NCBI RefSeq assembly: GCF_023055435.1
Contig: NW_025963779.1
Span: 80,910,001 to 80,974,000 of the forward strand
Source: Haliotis rufescens
Lineage: Eukaryota
Length of the DNA: 64,000 nucleotides
Direction of reading: 5' to 3'
Of this stretch, positions 36,601-48,600 are shown in pieces (position 1 is the stretch's first letter; each line of letters opens with the position of its first letter). The notes beneath the pieces were generated by a model. That model had not been told where the DNA came from and ran no database searches. It saw only the letters and a program-made list of their open reading frames with translations. A program made the translations under genes and the position numbers.

Positions 36601-39600
36601 GATTGTTCCATGAACTGTTCAGATTAGTCTTGAAAATTGACTTCAATATGTTTTGTGTTGTTTGAGGTATTAACTGGTGTGCACCAGGGATCCAGAAATA
36701 TGTTTTTGCCAATCAGACATTTGCATTTTGGTCACGCCCACCTTATATCTGAGGTGCTAGATGTTCATGCATGAAAAAAAGAAGAATAAACTCAAGTGTC
36801 ACTTTCATAACATATATACATGATATATATGTATATCTGTGTAGCATATTTATGCGAATGTTGCACACCATTTTTTATATGTATACCTCCATAAACGCAA
36901 AAGTATTTTGAAATTAATTCGTATAAGTATATATTAAGCCAACTATAATAACTTCGCAGAAACAAAAATGTAGACAATACAAAATCAGTGACTTTGTGGT
37001 GCACAATAAACCAACACAGTACAGACCACTCTATTATCAGCCAATCAGGAAACAGTACTCCGCTAGTTGGCTTGGTTTGCTCTTCCCTGTTAACTGAGTA
37101 TGATTGTGTTGCAGCATGACCTGGCTACAGCTGTGTTCTCCAGAGTGCGGTTCTACCGACTCCTACATGCCATGCTGTTGTCCTTCAGTAAGGAAAAGGT
37201 GTGTCATTAGGGATGTGTGTTGTGTTGCCTTGAATTTTGCACTGCATTACATTGCCATACTGAAGTTGTCTTGTATTGTATCGGGCCCAGTTCTCTTGGG
37301 CACTGCAATTTGCTGTGCAGAGTTGTGTCCCTTGGGCATGCCAGAAACCTATGATTGTGGGTTCAATTCCCGGTTCACCCCGATTATGTTTCTAGGTTTG
37401 TCAGCACCATACCCATGCTCGTGGGTTTCACCGAAGTGGTAAACGTCTGAGACCTGCATCATTTGGGGCTTTCCTCCCACATTAAGCTGACACAACTGGA
37501 ATATTGTTAAAAGCNNNNNNNNNNNNNNNNNNNNNNNNNNNNNNNNNNNNNNNNNNNNNNNNNNNNNNNNNNNNNNNNNNNNNNNNNNNNNNNNNNNNNN
37601 NNNNNNNNNNNNNNNNNNNNNNNNNNNNNNNNNNNNNNNNNNNNNNNNNNNNNNNNNNNNNNNNNNNNNNNNNNNNNNNNNNNNNNNNNNNNNNNNCCTG
37701 TTGATGTTAATGCCATCTCTGACATATGTTGTCAGTGTGAGGGAATCCCCCAGGCCCAGAAGACCCTGGTGCAGCTGCTGGAGCTGGTGCCCCAGGTAAA
37801 GGCCACCATACACTTCGGCATCCAGCCAGAGGACAGGGAGGCCACCAAGAACGGTAGGTGGTGTACTCGTGTCTCACATTGATAACAGCAACACTGTGTT
37901 ATATGTGGTAAGTTGCATGCGATGCATGCAGTTGGTATTGTGTGTAAGGAGCTAGAGTAGTCACATGACCTAACATGGCGACATCCATGGATGGATACAA
38001 CAACTGTAAGAATGGTAGGTGATGTACTCCGATCTCACCGTGAAATTAGTAACACTGTATTTATAGCCACCCTGTAAAACTCCCAAACCCCAGTCCCACC
38101 TTACAGCAGACAAGTGTCCTTAATTATCCTCTGCAACACGTTTGTGGGGCCTATCAAAATGGACACTGTCAGTCTGTCCTTGCAAATGTTGTTTCTGAAG
38201 CAGATCTTGAAAAGCATACACAATTTCTTCACCTAACTTGGCACATAGATAGATCTAATAGNNNNNNNNNNNNNNNNNNNNNNNNNNNNNNNNNNNNNNN
38301 NNNNNNNNNNNNNNNNNNNNNNNNNNNNNNNNNNNNNNNNNNNNNNNNNNNNNNNNNNNNNNNNNNNNNNNNNNNNNNNNNNNNNNNNNNNNNNNNNNNN
38401 NNNNNNNNNNNNNNNNNNNNNNNNNNNNNNNNNNNNNNNNNNNNNNNNNNNNNNNNNNNNNNNNNNNNNNNNNNNNNNNNNNNNNNATGTCTAAGGCTGT
38501 GTATACAGGCTGTTTGTTATTCTTCAGACTATCCGACCATCATGGGGTTTGAACCTTTGATCAACCAGAGACTGCTGCCACCCACCTTCCCCCGCTACAC
38601 AGTGATCAAGAGTCGGACAGAAGCCATGGACTATGTAGAGAATCTCCTGCTCCGGCTTCAGACCGTCACATCTGTGCCGGAGATGACATCACTTCACATC
38701 ATCCTGGTAAGGTTATGATGCCCCTGGATTGAAGAACGGGGCAATATAGCGATCGATATGTCCGTCAGTCAGTCTGCCGAGAACTAAACGTTGAATATTT
38801 CCGTTTGAAACTTTCTACACAGATCAGTCTAGAGGTGAACTGGTGCCCTTTGAACTATTTGGGATATTGAAAAATACTGAACAGCATTATTGTTTTCTTC
38901 CGTGAACGGCTTATCCAAAGGCAATGAACCAAAAGTGGAGTATAAGTAGAATAGCACCAGACCTGGCGGAATATGTCGTATCCTGATGACTCTTCTTGTT
39001 AGTTGAAGGAATACCCCAAGTCATTGAAGTTTGGGCTACTTTAGCTTCAAATTCATGCAGACATTTACGACAGGACACTATGCAGGTGGATAGATTGATC
39101 CTATCCTAAATAACTGGATAAATGCATTTGTTGGATTTAATTTAAAACATTTTGGATTTTCAAGAATGACATGTTGTAGCTAGGTGATGTGGTGTCAGGA
39201 CATCATAATAATAAACAGTATGTCTGTGAACCAAAATGTGCAATCATCAGTTTGCAGATATCATGCCCTCCAGAAACGGGCCAATTATGAAGCATTTCAA
39301 CCTGTTCAAGTGTCTTGTTTATCCTGAGAGAGTTGTTGTCGGATCCACAAACTTAGGACAATGGTACCTTTCCAGATTAATGAAATGGCACGGCCTTGTA
39401 ATTCCTCCCTACCCCCTTTATCTATTGTTATTTAAGGTCAATAGCCCGATGGGCCTCTTGATATAAACTTTACTCTATCACACATGGGGCCATAAGGAGC
39501 CAAGTCTTCTAAGTTCTAAGGCATCACAATTAGTTGTGCAGTGTTGCATCCTTTTGGCATGTGGCTTCAAATCCTGATTCACTCCAATTATGTTTCTAGG

Positions 39601-42600
39601 TTTGTCAGCACCATATCTGTTCTTGTGGGTTTCAATGAAGGGGTAAAAGTCTGAGACCTGCATCACTTCAGGCTTTCCTCCCACATTAAGCTGACATGCC
39701 ATGATGTAACAGGAATATTGTTCAAAGTGGCATTAGACCCAATCCACCCCACCCCATTATCCACTCCACTCCACTCCACTCCACTCCACTCCACTCCACT
39801 CCACTCCACTCCACTCCACTCTTATTACGTACAGTTCATATGTGTTGAAGTATGGCATCCACGGTGCCAGGATGAATGTTTAGCTTCATTCACAGGGTAC
39901 TTTTGTTGAAATGCCAATTCCTTTTAACACTAGGCAGCCCTGTTGCCAACAGATTGATTGCTTCATTTGCTATTGTGTTTGTAGGGTTCTGCTGAGGCTA
40001 GCATGCCTGAGAACAAAGACAGAAGTTACTTTAGCCTTCCAGGGGAGTGAATGATAGTTTCTACAGTAGAGATGTACAGTTCTCTGTTTTACCTTCAGGA
40101 GACCTTCATCGAGTTCAGCAAGTCTGGTCCCTGTGTCTTGGCAAGGTCAATACTTCAGGTAGGTTCTCTCTACACTGTAGACGCTGATGGTATGGCAAGG
40201 CAGATGAGGTCCCAATATACCCCCTGATGTGTTGTACAAGAAGACTGTTATATTAAAATATGTTATATAAAATGGTCGGGATGGGGCAGACCAATTGTCA
40301 TATCCTGAAAACAACTTTAACTTTATCACTCCAAACTGTGAAGAACATGATGCAGTTTCTGTGAGTATTTACAGACCACCATGATACCTCCTACATCATC
40401 ATGTGACTTATATGTGGGCCCGTGAAGATCCGGGTCAGATTAGGTCTTCAGCAACCCAACCGACTAACAGGATCGAGTGGTCAGGCTTGCTGACTTGTTT
40501 GATGCATGTCATCTTATCCCAATTGCGTGGATCAAGCTCATGACATCAATCACTGGATTGACTTATCCAGACTCGATTATTTACAGACCGGCATCATAAA
40601 GCTGGAATTTTGCTGACTATGGCATTCAAAATCAAGCAAACAAACAAACAAACAAACATGTCTGTGTAACAAAGCTTCAAACGTTCAAATAATAAGTATT
40701 CTTCTAACATGTCAAAGCTCCAGTCAAACAGGTTTTCGCTGTGTAACTAATTCTAACTAATTGATGAGGACACCATTATTCCCTGTGATATGTGATAAGA
40801 GTTTGGTAAATGTTTATTAGTGTTTGTGATCTGACCTCTCTCTGCTGACAGCAAACCCTCCTGCCTGCCAACCGTCGTATCTTTGGGATTCATCCTGTCA
40901 TAGACTTCATGAAGGATACAATCAGGAACTTCATAGCACCGCCTGCTTTGTCTCAAAAGTAAGCAAGACTCGCCACACTATGATCTGTTTGTCAGCACCA
41001 TATCATGGGATAGACATCATGAGAATAATTCAACTAAATTACCAGGTAACAGAAAGTATTCACCCATGTTTAATGGCGACTGCAAATGAAACAAACAAGA
41101 AATGGTTATTCAATGGGGATGTATTTGATACGGGAATTAGAGGCTCGTACATGCATCATATCAGTAAGTATCTCACACCAAGTCAGTCCAGTAACGTTTT
41201 GATAACTTTTGTAATGGTTTAGTCAAATCCAAGTTTCAGGTGTGTTTCTTTTGCCTAGCAGTTTAATCCACAGCTCAATTCAGACTACTGGTTTACATGA
41301 TTGTGTACCATGGTAGCCAGAAAACAACTAATCCTTCCAGATTTTCACTGGTCTCAGACTAGTGGACTAGTGGCCATGTCTGTCCCTGATATTACCAGAC
41401 ATGGTGAACGCCCAAGTCCTATGTCATTTTGAGCTTTCTCCTACATTAGGCTGACATGATATGAAAAGTTAACTGAAATACTCTTGAATGTGGCGTAAAA
41501 AAACAAACAACTTATCATCAGTTGATAGCTATGGTTTGGAATGTGCTAAACTTTTTCCCAAAAAAATGTTTCCCATAGTTAGTTCTCTGAGTTTAGCTGT
41601 CAGTCACATGGAACTGATGAAGACAATCTTTGATCTAGGACATCTTAGATCAAGGACATCCTAGATCAAGGACATGCTAGATCAAGGACATCTTTGATTG
41701 AGGACATCTTAGATCAAGGACATCTTTGATGTAGGATACTTTGATGTAGGATATCTTAAATCAAGGACATCTTTTGATTGAGGACATCTTGGATCAAGGA
41801 CATCTTTGATCTAGGATACTTTGATAAAGGATATCTTAGATCAAGGAGGTCTTAGATCAAGGACGTCTTAGATCAAGGACATCTTTGATTGAGGACATAT
41901 TGAATCAAGGACATCTTTGATCTACGATACTTTGATATGGGATATCTTAAATCAAGGAGGTCTTAGATCAAGGACATCTTTGATTGAGGACATCTTAGAT
42001 CAAGGACATCTTTGATCTAGGATACTTTGATAAAGGATATATCTTTGATCAAGAAGGTCTTAGATCATGTAGATCAGTGACGTCTTAGATCAATGACTTC
42101 CTAGATCAAGGACAGCTCAGATCAAGGACATGATGGATCTAGGATTCAAGTGAGTGTTCATGTCTCAGGTGCAGCCTGTACAACAACCCACAAGCCAAGG
42201 AGTACGTGGATGCCCTGCTGACGCATGCTGTGCGGCCCATCTGCACCTTGTTCCAGATTACCGGACACAACCGAGCCCGGCAGAGAGACAAGTGGGCACA
42301 TGTTCTGGAGGATCTGGCCCTGCTGCAGGAGGAGGTGAGTGGCAAGAGGATTGTTGGGGAGAGAGCTGTTTTATTTTTTCTTATCCTGACTCATACGCAT
42401 GAGCAATAAGTATGAGTCAGGATATGTATAAAATATGTTTTTTACTAAAAAAAAATACATATATACATACACATGGTATACTGTATTGTGTTATATACTC
42501 ATGGTATTCTGCCCTAATTTGTCTATGTACCAAATCACATTCTAAGTATAAGTCATATTTACCACTGATAAACACGAATTTGTGCAAAGGAAAACTTTTA

Positions 42601-45600
42601 CAAGAAATGTCTGTTATCATGGGTAAACATATTAACTGGTTGTTTTACTTCAAAACTAAATCTAGGCTGACAAGGTTGATGCATTCCTGCATGGGATCCT
42701 GGTGAAGACGGAGCCCAGTCGGAACCACCTGGCATGTTTCGGGACGTGGGTTCTATACCACACACTGCAGGCCATGATCTACTACACCCTGGCCGGCTTT
42801 GAGCTGGAGTTGTATGCTTCCTACGAATACCACTACGTTTACTGGTGAGTCTCCTGACACTGGTACATGTGACGAGTCAAGGATCATGCTGACATCCTAA
42901 TGTCATCTTCCCGAGGCGAGGGAGTTCTGACTGACTTTAAAAGTCCTGTTTCCACCCTTGCCGAACTAGGCTGGAATTCTTGGGCTCGATCGTAGCGCCA
43001 CCAATGGCTATTATGAGTTATGTCCCTTCAAAGCCCCTCCTATGGACCAATCAGATTCCACCCCTCGTATCACTTGCATTTATTTCAAACAAAATGGCGG
43101 CACCCAGTCAAGACGATCCGATCTATAATCAAGATCTATATTGTGATAAAATTGGTCTTACATCGCGAAGTGCATCAGATCATGTGAGCACCTTGATTCA
43201 TGCAATCGACCGAAAACTGCTCGACGGTTTACGATCCGGATTTCGATTTTGTTGCGCGATTTTGATTGGACTGTGCATAGAGTCGTTGTTAGTCCAGCCA
43301 AAATGTAACTCCACAATACAAGCCTAGTTTGGCAAGGATGGAAACTGGACTTTTAAAATCAGTTAACTCCCTTGCCTCAGGAAGATGTCCTAATGTGAGA
43401 GTTGAGAGTGACAATGTATGGTGTTATAACTACATGTATTATATTGAGGCCAATTTGAAATGTAGAACATAGAAGCATGGAATCTGGACAGCTTAGGGAC
43501 ATAACTCTGCAAAGCCAGACAAGTACCATTGAGCATGCCCAGACATATGTAAGAGGAAAAGGAGTATACTGTATTTCCTCGATTACACGCCTGGACGTAT
43601 ATTTCTATCTGACACTCTTTACCCGGAATGTTTAATTCCGAAGATAATGGGGAGAACTCCATGCATAAAAACTACCTGGCATTAATAATCATGTTAATCG
43701 TGGCCTGGCATTTAAATCGAGACCTCAGCATGTATTCAACACGTAGCATTTGTTCTAGCCCATGTGTTTATTTGAGGAAATACAGGATGTGTTTTTATCC
43801 AAATATTTTGACATTACCACTGATTTCCTTATTTTTCTTGGGGGAAATCAGCTTTTGATTTATTTATGACACAAACAAATGCATCAGTTAATTACATTAA
43901 GTAATACGTTACCACTGTTATACCGAGGCTGTTGTCTCCCACAACTGCTGCTATAGCGAAATCTACCACAGAGATCTCAATTACCTCATGCAGCACGTGC
44001 GTAGCCACCCAGCTGCCATGTGACACCCTTCACTCTTGTCTCCTTCGTCTGCTTAGCAAGACGTGTTTTCTCCTGCTGAAGCGTTCCTTGAAGATTTGGT
44101 GATATTTATTATAGTTTATTCTCTAATAAACTGTGCTTTTATGGGGCGTTGCGGTAGCTACGCTTGGTTATAATTTTCCCGCCCTTTTTTCTATATACTT
44201 GTGGGGATCGCGTATGCACGTTGTGTTTTACGTTTCCCCTGTTCTTGTATGTTTTGGGGGTTCACATCACTTATTTCTTTAATAAAAGTTATATGTGTAT
44301 GTTATATGTTCACATTGCTCGTTTATTTTCTTGTGAAAATGTTCGTTTGTGAATCATTGTGGTGCGTGCGTTGTAACCATGTTTTGTTCTTTGTTTATAG
44401 CAAACAATCAATGTCTGACATGGATATGTCCCCAGTATCCACCCCCTCTACCCCTGCTCCTCGGAGTTGTGGGGTGTGCAGAAAGTTTTTGTCGTCCCGG
44501 GATCCCCACGATCGTTGCCCGCGGTGCAGGGTTCCTTGCGGGGACACCCGGTGCATCCTGTGCGAAGGTCTGGGGCCTGCGGAGTTTGAGCGGTACCGGC
44601 TGTACGTACAGTCCGTCTCCACCCCTGTGGTGGCCGGTTCGTCCGGTCGGGGTCCCCGTGCGGGTACCACCTCCTCGGCTGCGGCGGATCCCCTTGCGGC
44701 CCTCGGGCTGTCTGGGGATTCCGTCGCCGCATTGTTGTCGAAACTTGTGGTCTCCAAGCTGGCGGCCTTATCGCAAGATAGGCCGCTGGCTGTTCCGTCC
44801 CCGGCCTCTTCGGTGGCCGCGGGGTCGGACGCGGGGTCCACCGGTAAAGCGGCGGATCTCTTGGCGGCCCGTGTGCTGTCCGGGGATTCCGTCGCTGCAT
44901 TACTTGCATAACTTGTGGACTCCAAGCTGGCGGCCTTATCTCAGGATAGGCCGCTGGCTGTTCCGTCCGCGGCCTCTTCGGTGGCCGCGGGGTCCACCGG
45001 TACGGCGGCGGCTCCCGTGGTCACCGGTCCTTCCCCCGAACCGTTGCTCCCGCTATCGGTTTAGGACCGCGTGGCCATGGTTTATGACCTCTTTGAGGAC
45101 ATGCCCCGGCCGGTACCGCGGGGAATCCACGACTGTGGGTTCCTCCGAGGTATACGATGAGTCTTCCGACACGGCTTTCCCCGCATCAACCTTGCTGCGC
45201 GGTTTCAAGCCTTCCTTGGAGAACGCCTTCGCGGCGGCCTCCGGTCGGGGTCTCCTGTTGCCTCCGACGTCGTGGAGAAAGGGTTTCTCACGGACCGTGA
45301 CCAGCGCCAGCGCATTTACAACTGCCTGCTCAGTTTAAATGCTTCCCTGGAGTACGTTGCCGAGGACTCTCGGCACACACTTGCTCTTGTTGGGTCCCTG
45401 CATAGGCGCCTGGGTGCCGCTCCTAACCGGAGCGCGCCCCAGGCTGCTGCGGCCGGTAGGTCTAAGGGGTCAGGTTCTTCTTCCTCTGGGAAGTAGCCCC
45501 GCCCTGAGGGCTCCGGTATAGGCAATCAGCTGCCCTTTCGCGGGAAGACGGGGAACTGGGGGAAGCCCAAGTCGTCGACGGACGGCAAGGGCCCCTCCAG

Positions 45601-48600
45601 GTGACTCTCATTGGAGGGGTTCGTATGCCGACAGCGCCAACTTCGGTTGGCCCTTAGGCGAACCCGAGTCACTTGGCCCTGGACAGTTGCGCCTGCCGCA
45701 ACCTGTCAGGGCCCCCTCTCCTTCCCCAGTGGGAGCCAGACTCCAGACTTACTGGGAGAATTGGGAACAAGTGTTCGACGACCCGTGGGTGGTCAACACG
45801 ATTCGGTACGGCTATCGGCTTGATCTCAAAGCGAATCCGCCGCTCACCGTTGCCCCGTTGGCAGGTTTCGATTCGGAAACCGATCTTCCCATCCTCGCCG
45901 ATGCCATCGGCAGGTTGGTGGAGAAGGGGCAGTACGGGAGTTAGCTCTACCAGAAATAACACCGGGGTTTTACTCCAGGATATTATTGTTCCCAAGTAGG
46001 ACAGTGCCGAACTCAGAATGATTCACACGTCCGCTCCCTGGCTGTTCACCCGGTTAACCACCCCCATAGTGGGGTTCCTCCACAGGAGGGGTGTCCGGTA
46101 CTTCGCGTACCTAGACGACTCGCTAGTAGCAAATCGAATGACGGACACCCTGTCACGCCATCTCGTTTTCGCACGTCGGCTCTTGGAGCAATTTGGGTGG
46201 ATTATCAATCTCCCCAAGAGCGAGTTAACCCCTTCTCAGAACTTGCTGTTCATCGGAGGTCGGTTCAACACGGTGTCCCATCGCCTCTTTGTCCCCCCAG
46301 ACCGGTGGCACAAAATTCAGGCGATGATTGCCAAAGTCTTAGCGGTGCAACAGACTGTTCACTGTAGACGAACTAGGTCTTCACATCACTTGTCTCGAGT
46401 TCAAGGCAGTGATCAACGCAGTCAATCACTGGAAGCATCGTCTCGTCGACGCCCGGCTCATGCTGGCGACCGACAACACGACGGTAGTGTCCTATGTGAA
46501 CAAACTGGGGGGAACCCACAGTCACTCGCTACTCGATCTCACGTTCGAGTTTTACGCTCTGGTGGACAGTGACCCGTGCCAGATACGCGCCCGTCACATC
46601 CCAGGTGTGCGGAACGTACTGGCCGATGCTCTATCGAGGCCTCAGGATCCGAGCCCCACAGAGTGGATGCTGAACCCAGTAGTGTTTCAGTGGCTGTGCG
46701 AACGTTTGGGTCGTCCGATGGTCGACCTGTTTGCAACGCGGTTCAACAATCAACTCCCGTTGTTTGTATCACCAGTCCCGGACCCGAGGGCCATCGATCA
46801 CGATGCTCTCGCGTTAGACTGGACGGGCTTGGACGCTTATGCTTACCTGCCGACAGCGTTGATACCACACATTCTAAGCCGGCTCCGAGGAGTTCGCTGT
46901 CGAATGTTACTGATCGCGCCCATGTGGCCGAACTGATCGTGGTACCCCGACTTGCTGACCCAGGTCACGCAGTCGCCACTTCCACTGCCTGTGAGACCGG
47001 ATCTCTTGATCCACCCTCACACCCGTCAGCTTCATCCAAACGCAGGGCAGTTCAATCTGCACGCATGGATGTTGTCACCGAGCGTCTGAGGAGTAAAGTT
47101 TTTTCTCACCGGGCGTCTCGGGCATACGTTAGTATGCATCGTGATTCTACCCAGAAGGTGTATAATACACGCTGGGTTATTTTCACGAAGTGGTGTTGTA
47201 AACATCACATTTATTCGCCAGATAAGGTATCTGTGCAGGATATTGCTCGTTTCATGTTTCACTTGCGAGAGACCCGGAAACTCTCCGGGGGTTCCCTTGC
47301 CAACTATGTCTCGTCTGTTGCTACGGTACGGGGCGTTGCTATGGGTACCAGTCTCTCCAAAGAGCCGGTGATACGGGGTATTATCAAGGGTTTCAAACAG
47401 AATGATCTTAAGGAGGGCCTGGGATCTTTCCCTAGTGTTGCAATCACTTACGGAAGCTCCGTATGAACCCTTGCATGGTGCTTCGTTCCGGCATGTGACT
47501 TGGAAAACAGCATTTCTCCTCTCCTTTGCCACGGCGGCACGTGTATCCGAAATTCATGCACTCGATGTCGCCAAGGTACGATTCGATAGGGGTGACGAAG
47601 GAGCGGTCCGCCTGGGCCTGCTCATGGGCTTCGTCGCCAAGAATCAGAGAGTCGGGCAAACGGAGAGAGAATTCACTGTAAGATCACTCAAAGAAATCTT
47701 ACATCCGGCTGATACTGAGGACAGAGCGCTGTGTCCGGTTATGGCCCTTAAGTATTATCTTAAGGCTTCGAATGAACGTAGACAAGGGCGTGACCGTCTG
47801 TTCATATCGTGTAACCCTAATCGCACGGTTGACATAACTCGCAACTCGATTGCGTTGTGGCTTCGTTCTGTCATCAATCTGGCGTACCGGTTTCAGGGGT
47901 TACCGGTAGCGGGGTCAAACCCGCACGAGATCAGGGCGCTAGCGGCAACATTTGCCCTACACTCGAATATCTCTGTTCGCAGATTATTACGAGGTTGTTA
48001 CTGGCGTTCTGACTCGGTTTTTTGCCAATCATTACCTCAAACAGGTCGCTGATGCCGTCGTGGAGAGTGTGCACCGTCTTGGCCCGCGGATCGCGGCGCA
48101 AGCGGGCACCTAAGGGGTGTGCCCAGCGCAATTCCGAACTCCTCAGGCGTCTGACCTTGCACGGTGGTCAATCTGGGTCGACTCCAATGTTCCCACTGCC
48201 GTGGGTACAGAAGTTGGGGTCCCGCAAACCAGCGCACTCACACCAAAGGTGAGGGCGGCTTTTTGTGTGCTTTGTCCTTATTTGTATTTTGACAATTATG
48301 TATTTAATTGTCTGTCGTGTATCCCAACCTTGTGATGCATGCTTACAAATACTGGAATTAGGTCACGCGCCTAATGCATACTTTAAGTAGGCTTGCTCTG
48401 GGATATACGGTCTGAATGAAATTAATTTCCCTCTTTTCGACTGTTTAACCTGATCTAAGATTAAGCTCACGCGGATACAGTGTTCTCATCCGCTGCGGCG
48501 ATGAAATACCTATCCAGTGGGGCCGTTTGGAGTCACCAATCGTTTTGGCAATGACGATTGAGCCTTACGGTATGCGCTTGACAGTGCTTTGGTATTCCTA

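Noticed and set aside
37515-38486. Missing NAA35 exons in the N gaps
   Set aside because: Flanking exons join in phase and give continuous NAA35 homology.
13540-41625. CTGATGA motifs (about 13543, 38983, 41614) as hammerhead or C/D-box RNAs
   Set aside because: No matching GAAA core, stems or box pairing seen.
43840-43893. DIRS flank resembles the reverse complement of about 62090-62160, hinting at repeat-targeted insertion
   Set aside because: Short AT-rich similarity that may be chance.
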